Assembly: GCA_973895155.1 (NCBI GenBank)
Contig: OZ316891.1
Coordinates: forward strand, 12,026,771 to 12,090,770
Length of the DNA stretch: 64,000 bases
Direction: 5' to 3'
Origin: Marsupella aquatica
Taxonomy: Eukaryota > Plantae > Marchantiophyta
Part shown: one piece after another, positions 26,031 to 38,084 of the stretch
Numbering within the stretch: the stretch's first letter is position 1
How the letters are laid out: each line of letters starts with the position of its first letter
The notes under the pieces: model-generated
Told to the model about the DNA's origin: nothing
Database searches by the model: none
Seen by the model: the letters and a program-made list of their open reading frames with translations, nothing else
Translations under genes and position numbers: made by a program

Positions 26031-26280
26031 TCGCAGTACAGATCATGTCCTCTAACTTGTAAGTGTACCGGGGATCACGATATATCTGTTCGTTCTTGAT
26101 AGTGAGCCAGTCTGAGTAGTCAGGTCAGCAAGCTAACGAATGTACTCCGCTGCCTGTTGTCGTCGAATTCCTCGTAAACATGCGAACGAGTGCTGTAAGT
26201 CGAGGTGGCCAGCTTTCTCCAATTAGTGCTTGTAGGAGTCGAAAGTCGAAACACTGCATCATGCAACAATGGTACAATTC

Positions 26281-26615
26281 ACTAATTTCTCAGTTACTTT
26301 ACATGTCATCGACTCTCCCATTTTCTCAGAAAATGCTTGTCATTTATTTATTGACGCTAGCCTCATTGGAGTCTCGGTTTACTAATTTCTCAGTTTACAT
26401 GTCATCGACTCTCCCATTTTCTCATAAATTGCTTGTCATTTATTTGGACACTAGCCTCATTGGAGTCTTGGTAACTACACAGCAAAATATGACATATACT
26501 ATACTTACCACATCTCTCCATACCATGATAAAACTCTTTATTTTCAATGATCTCCATACCATAATAAAACTCTTTATTTTCAATGATCTCCATACCATGA
26601 TAAAACTCTTTATTT
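26281..26615. repeat. ~100-bp tandem duplication followed by a 36-bp tandem repeat x3
   Basis: ACTAATTTCTCAGTT..TTACATGTCATCGACTCTCCCATTTTCTCA x2; TCTCCATACCAT(G/A)ATAAAACTCTTTATTTTCAATGA x3. Confidence 0.85.
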
Positions 26616-27166
26616 TCTTTGAATCATTGAGTACAAATCCTATATTACCACACATCTATCATTTTATTATCACATTTTGATGTGTGATTACCAACAGGGT
26701 TTTTCATTGCCATTTAGAACTAAAGACAACTTTCCAGGCTTGTATTTCGGCACCTGCTGCCCATCTTGTTGCACCTCCCTTATCCTCATGCGGTAGCCTG
26801 CTGCCTATGGTACGCCTACAGCTAGCGTCTCAAGTTGTCATGATTTTCTAAATGTGACTAGGGTCTGAATGAACTCCACTTTTGAATGAAATGAATCTTC
26901 AAAAGAAGACTATGCCAACAGGTTTCAAATTAAAGGCTTGCCTAGTCCCAATAATAACCACAATGATTTGCGACTGACTAGTCCTTAAACTACACCTGCC
27001 CCTATAAAGGGCTACCGGTTACCCGTAGCTCTCATTCTAAATAGTATAAGTTCAGAAATGTACTTTGAGCTCCACAAAAGGTGCTGATTGCAAAACCTTT
27101 TTTGGCAAGTACTCCACAAAAGGTGCTAGTGTTCCACCTTTTATGGGGAGTAGTGAGACATGGAAT

Positions 27167-27442
27167 TGTTAAGTATTGTTCTTAATCTTGTGACTCTATA
27201 ACTAACCGTAGTTAGTCTAACTCAGGTTAAGACTTAGCTAAGGTTAACGGTAACGGTGTTGTGTATATAGCCAAGGTTGGTGTCAATCCCTGGTGGATCT
27301 TCAATTCATTGTTGGAGTTGAGCAAGAAAGAAGTAAAGGTCTCTTGTTTTCACGTGGACGTAACCTCGGTCATGAGGTGAATAACGTACTCGCTGTGTCA
27401 ACTACTTTGTATGGTGTCTCTGAATAGAGATTATAGCCAACA
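27167..27442 (+). mobile_element. Solo LTR (Copia-like), same family as 7520-7863
   Basis: TGTT...AACA termini, 5-bp TSD GGAAT (27162-27166 and 27443-27447), colinear similarity with the reverse complement of 7520-7863. Confidence 0.85.
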
Positions 27443-28115
27443 GGAATGAGACTTTTATAGTGGCAGGTGTGGTTTAACCTGATACCGGCCCGGATACCGA
27501 TTTTGGGCATAGTCAGGCAACGGGCACCTGTGTACGGTCTAATCAATGCTCAATGCATCGGCATTGAGTAGCTTTGTTTTTAACCTTCTTGACATTATTC
27601 ATCTTTTGGACTTAAATAGAGAAAAGGGCAAAATTTGCTAGCATGGATCCCCAAGCTTGCTTGTAGTAAGTGGATGGTGAGTATTATTTGTCAAAATTGG
27701 CTAGCCTCCATGCGCAAACTTTGCTTAGTGTCTAAGTAGATGGTCAAAAGAAATCACATGAGATCATTAGCATCCTCCCTGTCATTCGTACCAATCATGG
27801 AGTTAATTGACTGAGAGGGGGCGCTACTGAATGGCAAATCCATGGCACTAATTTGCCTTTCGCACAATAACTGTGTTAAATGGTTACCATGTTCTCACTT
27901 TCTTTCAGTAAATTTTTGAAAATGTTGTGAATTATTTTGTCATCTTTCTCCATGGCTGGTTAAAAGGCCACATCTACCCATATATAAGGGGAAATTGTCC
28001 AACACTTCTCACTCTTTTCACATTACACTCAGACACTTCTTTACTCTAAGGTGTCAGTCCGCCTCATGATTTCAGGAAAAAATGAATTGTTTGTACTGAA
28101 ATATAATTTCCTTCA

Positions 28116-28192
28116 GGTAACCCAAAGCTCTTGAAGGGGCAGTTGTGGTTTATTCGGGTAACCCAAAGCTCTTGAAGGGGCTGTTGTGGTTT
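28116..28192. repeat. 41-bp tandem duplication
   Basis: GGTAACCCAAAGCTCTTGAAGGGGC(A/T)GTTGTGGTTTA x2. Confidence 0.9.
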
Positions 28193-29127
28193 AAGCAGAA
28201 TAACTCTGGTTAAGTTGGAATAATTTAATGGTCAGCAGCCAACCACTTTCATCATCAGACCCTAGTCACCATCTTCAACTTAACCTCCATATCCTCTCTT
28301 ACCCTAAAACCAAGGGGGCAAGAGTATGGGGCACTCAATCACAAGGGGAAGGCCAGGAGCAAGAGACCCGTCCCAAGGAATCGGGTTGGATAGGGTTCTA
28401 CGGTTAGGGCTGTAGAGGACAAGATGACAATCCAAGAGTGAAATCTAGCCTGATGTTTAGATTAATTATTTCAAGCCTGCAGGGGCATAGCAGGGGACTA
28501 AGTTGAGTATGGTGCAGATGGAAGAGCTTGCATCCTCTGTCCGATGCCATCAAGGAAACAAACACTATTGCTCTCCTTTGAGTCAGCCATTTGCGATTGA
28601 GATGCCTGTGTCCTCCAGCTAACGTGTACATGCTACCTTGGGCGCTCGCATAGAGGATAGAAAAAGTTTCTTGCCAAGGGCTCATAGAGAAACAATAATT
28701 GAAAGATCCGCAAACAGCAAAATGGTTGATGCTGAAAACGAGAATTTTTGTGAATCAATGCACAAACCATCGTGACTATCACGGAAAAAGTGGGTGGCAA
28801 ATTTACAAAACGCTCCCATTTCCATGGAGCAGAAATTCAGTAGCTTGATTACCAGTCCAGCTTGATTACCTGTCCTTTGAACATAAATAGAGATGAAAAG
28901 ACCAAAAAATAACCTTCCACAACAAGATGATTCCCCCTTGTTTCCTGCTCAACTTTGCTTCCATCCGTGTATGCACCTTCACTTTTCAGTCATGCACTCA
29001 CTTTCGAGATCTATAGGGTTTCACTTCAGCCAGTAGGCCCAGAAGTAGCTTTCATTCGAGCTTTATTAGTTAGATGATGATTTCGTTTTCTGTTTCCAAA
29101 TACTCCTTAAATTTTTGTGCACCCATA

Positions 29128-29392
29128 CACGCGCTTCAAGTTGATAGCAGCGGTGGACTCTGCTGCCAAAGAGCTTTGGCGATAAACTCCACGGATTGAG
29201 ACGCCCCTGATATTGACTCTACCGAATTCCCCAACTGCAACTTTCCTCTGCCCAGAGAGCACGCGCTCCAAGTTGATAGCAGCGGTGGACGCTGCTGCCA
29301 GAGAGCTTTGCCTATTACCTCCACCAATTGAGACGCCCCAACTATTGACTCTACAGAATTTCCCAAACTGCAACATTCCTCTGCCCAGAGAG
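29128..29392. repeat. 132-bp tandem duplication immediately 3' of the kinase stop
   Basis: CACGCGCT(T/C)CAAGTTGATAGCAGCGGTGGAC... starts at 29128 and 29260. Confidence 0.9.
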
Positions 29393-29430
29393 CATTTACT
29401 GTTGCATACATTTCCATGGCTGCAAGACTT

Positions 29431-31358
29431 CTACTGGTCTTCTAGAAAGACAGCCACGGGTTTCGATCGAGGAATTTTCGGTAGGGGAGTCTTGCCTGTG
29501 AGAATGTTTAGAACATCCCTCATGGTGGGTCTGGCTGCAGGATCCGGGTGACAACACAGCAACCCCACCTTGAGAGCCAGTTTCATTTCTTCCTCCTCGG
29601 CGACGCTTTTGAAGGCCAATTTTGGATCCATCGCATCGAGGAGTTTCTCGTCCTTGTGAAGGTCCCAAACCCAGTCCAAGAGAATGCAGTTGGACGTCAA
29701 CGTCCTCCGAGCACACGACACTTCGAGCACAACCACCCCAAATGCGTATACATCGGTCTTGTCCGTGGCTTTTCCAGTGAGACTGAACTCGGGAGCAAGA
29801 TACCCGATTGTGCCCGCTACCATCGTGGTTCTTGGTGTTTGGCTATGCGCTGATAGACGCGCAAGCCCGAAGTCGCCTAGGCGTCCATTGAAGTGAGAAT
29901 CGAGCATAATGTTGCTTGTCTTAATATCGCGGTGTACAACACGCTGCTCCCACTCCTCGTGTAAGTAAACCAGGGCGGTAGCCACTCCGCAAAAGATGTT
30001 ATAGCGATGCTTCCATGATAAGGGAGACACTGGTGTCCCATCGTCATCACCATGATCGTGGGCAAAGATTAGATCGTCTACGTCCCCATTAGGCATATAC
30101 TCGTACACTAAGATGAGCTCATCTATCTCGTCGCACCAGCCTAGTAGTTGGACGAGGTTGCGATGGCGAAGCTGGGAGATGATGTTCACCTCTGCTATGA
30201 ACTCTCGAGCTCCCTGCCGGGCGTACTGCGATAGTCTTTTCACTGCCACGGGGGCCTGAGGCGAGTCTCGCAAGTAGCCTTTGTATACTGTGCCAAATCC
30301 GCCTTCACCAACGATTAATGAGGGGTTGAAATTATCGGTCGCCAGTTTGAGTTCATTGTAAGAGAATCTCTTCGGTCCCCAGGGCCACTCAATATCGCAA
30401 GCCTCGACGTCCTTGCTGTGCGACGAGTGAGACCGAGAGCGAGAATCCGATGTGTAGGAGAGAACCAACCCTATCCCTTGTCGACCGCTTGATTTCCTTA
30501 GCCTTTGCCAGTAGTTTTTTCTCGTCATGACTGCGAGTACTATCAAGGCTGCGAGCACGGCTAGTGCCACCATAACTCCTATCACTGTGCCCAGAATCCA
30601 GGCCACGTTGTGGTTATGCGTCTTCTTTTCCGTCTTCCCTGTGATAGGACCAACAGAACCAGCGAGGGGTGAGACATCGACGGGAATAGTAACAGCGAAC
30701 CCCATTCCCAATCGACACTCCGTTGGATTTATGAATCCAAACTGGTCTGAAGAGTATTGGGCCGACGCGCTACTGAGATTGTAACCGATCATGGCAAAAT
30801 TTAATCTGCCTGGAGGAATGCCATCGGATGCATCACACTTTTCTGCGGCCTCCAAGGACACTTGCACGACAGGATATGTCCCAAAGACTGCACGTCCGAT
30901 GCACAAGATCGTCAGGATGCAAAATTCTGCAAGTCCGCCTCACTCTCAAACTTTGAAACTCTACAAATTTGTTTAATGTTCTGAATGAGCAGATTCTTTC
31001 ATCACGGGTCCCAGATACTACGGAATATTGTTAAAGTCATTGAAAGCTCTTCCACAACGGGAGATAGGGTATCAAATGGAAAGCTTAGCCTTCACCGAAT
31101 GAAGCGCTGGCTTTGCTTCCTACTCTAAAAGAAAACGGAATGATACTTACCAAGGCAGTCGGTAGTTGTTAGAGTCAGGTTGGATATCCACCCTTGATAG
31201 TTAAATCCAGATGTGTAGTTATCTGGTGAGCTTTGAGAATATTTCCACCCATAAGAACCTCCAACTACAATTATTGTTCCTCCATCGACAGATCGCAATA
31301 TGATTAACCAGAGTGCAGCCGCCAGCAAAGACTGAATCCGAATTCCAATGGATGCCAT
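29431..31358 (-). CDS. Receptor-like kinase: signal peptide + phytocyanin/cupredoxin-like ectodomain + TM + L-type-lectin-RK-like Ser/Thr kinase; exons 31358-31151, 30887-29431
   Basis: Phase-1 GT-AG splice gives ...VGGSYGW...NYQGW...DCLVFGTYPVVQVS...KCD...ECRLGMGFAVTI. TM segment VAWILGTVIGVMVALAVLAALIVLAV. Kinase motifs GPKRFSY, GEGGFG, VAVK, LHEEWEQRVVHRDIK, DFG, GTIGYLAPE. Confidence 0.9.
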
Positions 31359-32692
31359 CTGTATTTCCTACCTAATAGTTCTGCTCATCCTTGTACACAT
31401 CCAAGCTTCGGGGAGTCTTGAGTCGACTGGCGCTTCAGCATCGGAAACAGAGCTACCATCCAAATTTGACCAATTCCTTGATAAGAATCAACGTCCCAAA
31501 GAGTTGAGCTCGATCGAGAAAGAAGCATCAGAGTTGAGTGCAGAGTGTAAGTTCTCATCGCTTCTGTAGAAAATCTTCAACCTGTCGTCTCCCAGTGCCT
31601 GCCAATCCATACGAGGCCACTTGTCCCAACTGTCAATTCAACTCGTACTACCAATCCTGCGCCGGAGGATGATCTCCTCTGAATCCTTCCCTCAGACTCA
31701 CTTATCCATCCTCATCCACCTTCAACAACAGCAGGAACATTCTCGTCGCCCATAATTACATCAAAATCATAGAACTCTCATCTGCAGCTTGACAATCGTT
31801 CACAAATGAGCGAGCATGCAAGTAGTTTCTTTTCATGAAAAAGATGCCTGGCTGCACGCACATCTGCACATCCTCACTGGCTGAGTGCTTCCTCTGGCTG
31901 GTACCTCAACAAAACCTAAATCACCCCCGCCCCCTTTCTCCCGGCCCATAGCTGAACGATGCGTTTAAGAGTTTCGAGGCTGCAGATACAAGCAGACCTG
32001 TAACCGTAAAGCTGCCCACCTCATCCATCCAAATGACTTGAACAATTTCGAGCATTAGTGGACTCCAGTCCTCGTTCGTCTACAGGTACCAGAGCTTCCC
32101 GGCAAGTCTTCAGGATGGAACGGCTGGAGGACCAAGCAACTCAATTAGAAACTAGTCAGTGTAGACCCATATTCTCCCGTATCCAGTGAACGCAGACGCA
32201 GCATCTCTGCTACGTACCTCCTGAGTGGAGTCATTCTTGATTCTCAGGTGTTGATTTGACCCGCAGGACACGAACCTCTTGCACTATATTGGTTCTAGAC
32301 GAAACGTCTCTTGTCTTCACGAGTCAAGACAAGACACACACAGACTGGCTCGATATTGGAAATTGCGGAGCAAGCACGGGAAAGGAATCTGCTATTGCAA
32401 AAGGTCTACGACAGCACATGCGACTGCGCGAGAGTGGGTGGGCTGATGGGTGGGCTGATGTGTCTGTAAAGATTGGCGGATTCTTCGTCAAATGAGCGAC
32501 TGGTCAAACCATAGTCAAAGGAATCAAAAGATTGAACATGGCACTTTATGATCGGTAGTGTAAACGAAATACAGCTGAAGAAATTAGAAAATACACAAGT
32601 CAAAAACCCAATACCACGAGAAATGGAGACTCAAATCATAGTAAACATCGAGTCGTGAGTTCCAGTGATTGCTGCCAGCCCTCTATTGAATA

Positions 32693-32814
32693 TTACTCTA
32701 TGAATTCCCCGAGAGTCATCATGGACAGAAGTATAGGATAGAGAAGGTCCCGAATGTTACTCTATGAATTCCCCGAGAGTCATCATGGACATAAGTATAG
32801 GATGGAGGAGGTCT
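32693..32814. repeat. 64-bp tandem duplication
   Basis: TTACTCTATGAATTCCCCGAGAGTCATCATGGACA.AAGTATAGGAT x2. Confidence 0.9.
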
Positions 32815-32926
32815 GCTCTCGAGTTAATAGCGTAGCCCTCTGACCAGAAAGTGAACCTACTATCTGACTCAATTTCAATGTTTGGACAACTGGGTTGAAA
32901 ATGTCTACCCTACAATTCATTTTATG

Positions 32927-33074
32927 GTAGGAGGGCTAAAATATAGCCCGCAGTATATTTTAGTAAACTATATGAGGGTCAGTGTCTGTTAGTATATATA
33001 AATATATATTAATTAATTTATATGTATATGGGGGTCAGGGTATATATGAGGGTCAGTATATTATAGCCCCCTAC
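32927..33074. mobile_element. Small AT-rich MITE-like inverted repeat element
   Basis: GTAGGAGGGCTAAAATAT ... ATATTATAGCCCCCTAC ends; internal TATATG(A/G)GGGTCAG x3. Confidence 0.35.
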
Positions 33075-35159
33075 TGAATTTTACTACCCTGACCCTCATT
33101 AATTGCAAATCTATTTCTGCAATTGATTAGTCTTTGCACTAGTCATCAAGTGCAATAAGAACTGTCAAATAAACCATAGAACACTATGAACCAGCCTTAA
33201 CTGGAGCGGAACCCATTGCAAGAGGGGCACTGATTAAAACTGAGCTTGAGGCCAATTGGTCACAAAGTCACCCAACTAACAACTCTTGGTGTTTCGGTGA
33301 AGCGTGGTAAGAGACGGAAAGCAAAAACAACTCCGAAAAGTGACTCTCGAGTAAAAGAAAGGAAATAAAGGGGGAAAGGGGGAGAAACAAGAAAAGCTCC
33401 ATTAGAACCTTCTGCCGGTGGTCCCCAGGGCAGTTGCTTGTAAAGCCGTATTAGTCACGTATAGATATAGATGTTCGCCCTTGGATGACGACCAGGAGTG
33501 GCCCCGGATGATTTCAGCAGAGGAGGTGGGGCCTTTGCCTTGGACCATGTCCATGTCAAATGCATGCCCATTAATTTTTCGTCCGGTCATCCTTCATCCT
33601 CCTAGGCAAGCTTACAGTGACCCTCTGCAAGCTTACAGTAATTACAGTCGAATGCAACGTTCCTCAGTTTACCTTTGTCTTTGCAAGTATTTGCAAGTAG
33701 TTGTCAGTAAACTGCATAATTGTTTAACGACATTGCCGGTGAGGATTGAAATCCTTGGAAGAACTCACAATCTACCTTATCCAGGAAGCTAATTGGGTTC
33801 TCCCTTGCCTCATCAGGACACATCTCTCCTGTCACCTTGTGTTTCCTAGTATTGAAGTGGATAGTCGATGACCTCCTCCATGAAGGGTTCGTTCTGCGAT
33901 TCATCAGAAAAAGAAAAGAGGTCTTGATGGAGCACATGGGTATACTTCGAACGTTTCACACCTGAATGCGACAGCAGTCAAAAGATTCACATATGCTTGT
34001 GAAATCGAATTGAGCCATAAGAATTTCCTGCTACACGTCCAAGTTGTAGTAACCGCATTCTCCCCCTTTTCGGCAGACTAGAAACTGTCTAGGTCCTGCC
34101 GGGCTTGCTGAATGAAATTGGACAGGGAGGTTGGCCCTGGTTTTATCATCAGGTTTTGCTGTAGTCTATATGATATGAAACTAACATCACAATGATTTTC
34201 CGTTCGTGAGCACTGGGGTGCGGAGATTCTGGAGAAGGTTTCGCTCAATCCCACAACGTACCAAAGCTGCAGGTTTCCAAGCTGTGCATAATCAAGTTTT
34301 ATCAAACGGGTGAAGATGTGAAGTGCGGCAAATCCTTTGAATCAAGAAGCGGGAATTTCTCGAAATCAGGACAGATAGCACAGCAGATCGCATAGCTACA
34401 ATGAGGTCATAATGATGATTTTACAAGTAGCCCTCGCCACTGGAGAAGTACGTATCTGTGAGGATTTGGACATTTTGTCTACAGCAAGCTGCGTGTATTT
34501 CCGAGCAGAATTGCATCATATTGCCCGGCAGTTAATTCGTTCAATTATGAAGTACACATCAGAAAATCCACTGTAGCCAAATGTGCAACAGTTCCCGTTG
34601 CAAGGGTAAAACGGGATGAGAGATATTGCTGGCCTAGCCTATCCTGCGCAAGGGCCGTTGGTACCTTATAAGTCCTGGCCTAATCTTCATATATTCCATG
34701 CACCAATTTAAGCTGCGAACCTAGTCTTAATATTGCGCTATGAACAAACTAGTTATCGCATCGCCACTGAAGACTTGTTGCTGCATGTGGATCGTCATTC
34801 GGACATTATATACACTGAATTCCGTGGCAATCGGCGACACGTTTCCGTTCAGGTCATCTAACTTTTAAATCCATGGCAGACTATTGTACAAGATACTCTC
34901 TTCCTTGCCTGCATCAAGATAGAGTTTGCAGTTCGTTCGTAAGAGACCTTTTGCGTGGTGACGGCAAGATGCATAAAGGTTCTCTGTTGCGTTCTTTCTA
35001 CAATTATGTAACATCCGGCACGAGTAATACCTTTTGGTGCTACACGAACTAAAACCACATCACATTAGTGTGGTAGCTTCTTCTATTGCAGATACTAAAC
35101 GTTGAGCTGAAAATTTGGGTTTCAAAATCCTTACACAAATAAGTAGCTCATCTTGCACT

Positions 35160-38084
35160 TTAGGGGAGATGGAGCTGTTGGGTCCGGCTGAAGATGAAAA
35201 TGCCTCCATTCCCAAGAGCACGGCCCACCAGCATATCCCTATCTAGATAGGTGAGATAATACCACAACCCAACAGGTGCACTGCATAGTAGATACAGGTA
35301 GAGGATGCATCAGAGCTTTGACCATCGCTAGCGTAATTTCGTGATTACAAATTGCAGCAATGAGAAACAGCAAACGCTAGAATGGCTACATTTTACAGAA
35401 CAGAGAAACACCAAGTCGACCTGAAAGAGTGGATCACTGAAAATCTTGTTTTACTTGTGTACTGATCGGTAACTCCAATAAATGTTACTATCTGTGAGCC
35501 CCTTTGACACAGGATCATTCCTGATATTCATTATCTCACCTTTTAGTAATATTATTTCGGACGGCAGACTGGATGAGAGGCACACGCACATTCAGTGTAC
35601 GGAAAAACTGCAACACCTGCACAGGATTGTTTTCTATCCCAGAATCAGGCGAAGTATCGAATGAACTCTATTGACGAAACCCAAAAATCCAAATGGGCAC
35701 CCCAACGTGTACTTGAGCCTGATAAGCTACGACCTTTGGTACTAGTTGAGGAAACAGCAAACATAGGCCAACCTCCAAGAAACACATATGTTCGAAACAA
35801 AGAATCCGTAACACAACCAAAATTTGACAATTATTATTGTGCCGGTTTGTGACCTAATATCTTGGAGTACCTGTAGATTGAGGAAAGTGCGAGGTAACGC
35901 TGCCGGTGATAGAAGTGCCTGAAAGCCTTCACTGATTTCAATTTGTCCAAGTTGCGCCTGTAAAACGCATGAGTAGCCACAAAGTCATGACAAAGCCAAA
36001 GCAGATTGCACACAGCCCAAATTTTACCTTGCCTCTGAACATTTGGAAACATATGTCAATACCCAGTAAGAAAATTGCTCCTCACCTCTTCGAAGCTGAG
36101 AGCTATGCTTCTAGGACTCACAACTGAGAATTCGGCAGTCACAATAAGAGTTGCTCCGTCATCATCCTACAACACCCAAGATCCTGATCTGTAAATCCAC
36201 AAGTCAAAGAAAAGTTTTCTCATCGATAGCACTCAGTACGACTGTACATGAGCACAATAGAGAATTACAGATACCTCCTAGTCTATGGTGGGAGAAAGTG
36301 GAAGCTGCACGAAAAAGCGGGAAAATCCCTCACTTGAAGGATGCCCGGAATGCTCCATCGAACAACGTTTCTCACAACTCCACCGTCGCTGCGTCCAGTG
36401 CACTCAAACTTCTGAAAAATTTGTCCAACCTGTTTCGATTTCCTTGAGATCAGGAACCGAGAAGTAGGACATTCCACGTCATACAATAGTCCAGGGCATT
36501 GCACCTTACATCTAAATACATCGTTGAGAAACCTGCGTTTGCATTCCAGAGATATCATGTACAGATAAACACCTGTAGAAAGGGAGTCTCAGAAGCCTGT
36601 AGTATTTGGATAACATCAGGAGCAGTTGTATATTGCAGTAGCCAGGTCCCATCCAGTTGGTCCAGCTCCAAAGAGTTTCCAGCGTCGAACTTCTCAACGG
36701 CAACCTGCCGTTATCATTGGCTGCAAAGTAAGAAATTATTACCAGACCAAGGTTGGAGATGTCTCATTCAACCGGCCTTGCAGCGTTTAGAACCTTTAAT
36801 ACAGCATTCATGAAACATAGTCTCGTCCAGTCATCGCATAACTTTAGAGCGAATACCCATACCAGTAGTGGCATAGCTTCTTCAGGACTGGATCTTATGG
36901 GATCACCTATTTAAATTTGACCGCGCAACTTTGCAATGTATCTTCCATGCATTTTAATAGGACTGTGGTTCACTTGCTTGGCTAGCTGTTGCCCCTTCTC
37001 TCATGCTCTGCTCATTGGTAACGCTAATACCGAAGTCGTACTCAGAATGCTACTAGAAGAGTTGATATTAGGTCTTTGGATCCTAATATTATTAGACTCT
37101 GCTTGCCTCATCTAGCTTGCAAGCCTTGAACGCAAAAGGGCGAGTCATTTATTCAATCATCAAGAGTAATCGCTTGCCATGAATAGAATCAGGATTGCAA
37201 AAAAGTCGTTTCAGTAAGAAGGCAGGACTTACCAACTTTTCCTCTACAATAGCACGTTGTTCAGCCCCGGTACGAAGTCCTCGTCCCGTTTCGAGTACCT
37301 CGGTCAACAATTCAAGCTTGGCGTGTTGGACGTCTTTCTCCTACAAAATGAGAAAGCATGGCATCTATCAGAAACTGTCGAAGAGGTGGACAGAACAACT
37401 CCAAATAAGATTACACCAGGGGAATTGTCGTCACATCTATATCATGTCGGCGATGAATTAACGGTGGAAACTCCTTGACGAAATCCCCTTTCCACTCCCT
37501 TCAGCTCCTGGGGCCAATAACTATACCGCCAGCTCATTTACCTTCGGGAGAAATTAGGTCTGGTGCAGAGACTAAACTTCCAACCGTTGTGAGAACAGTA
37601 AACTACACCCATGAGATCAAATTCAAGCGAATGCACACCCACTTGAAAAGAATTGGCACCATTGAGAACGAATGCTCAGTGGTCAGGTACTTAAACCACA
37701 TTAGATCAACCGATCGTAGATGATGCCAAACTGAACTCCTCGACTTTGAAACTGGGCTATTGCACTGAGAAAAATCACCTCTTCTAATCCGACCGCTAGA
37801 GCCCTCGTCTTGCCAGCTTCTCCCCGGTTGTACCGTTGATACCCTCTGGAGTAATTCCCTGTTTGTGCCATCTCTGAAGCCAGCACTGCAAGGGTCCATA
37901 ATTTAGGGCCGAGGATTAGGGACCCATGTGCTCTATTGCCCAGCTGCAACGAGCTCGAGAGCCGTACACGAGCAGCTCTCCTAGATGCGCTATGGCTATA
38001 TAATGATGCTCCTCCGCCCACACGTTGATCCCGTCGACCCGAAACAGAGCAGGTCGTTGCGGGAATGACAATGGTGCCAGCCAT
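35160..38084 (-). CDS. FBN8: Plastid-lipid-associated protein/fibrillin, FBN8 (PAP10)-like; exons 38084-37779, 37340-37233, 36704-36573, 36429-36334, 36166-36086, 35957-35871, 35616-35540, 35280-35160
   Basis: Eight GT-AG exons in phase. S/R-rich transit peptide. Motifs LDGTWLLQYTTAPDV, QVGQIFQKFEC...GGVVRNVVRWS, GATLIVTAEF, ALLSPAALPRTFLNLQ, YYLTYLDRDMLVGRALGNGGIFIF, as recalled for Arabidopsis At2g46910. Confidence 0.9.

Noticed and set aside
26180-26680. 166-aa hydrophobic ORF
   Set aside because: Explained by 100-bp and 36-bp tandem repeats
37542-37602. Extra FBN8 exon (FTVLTTVGSLVSAPDLISPE)
   Set aside because: It ends in phase 1 and would break the frame; exon 1 splices cleanly to 37340
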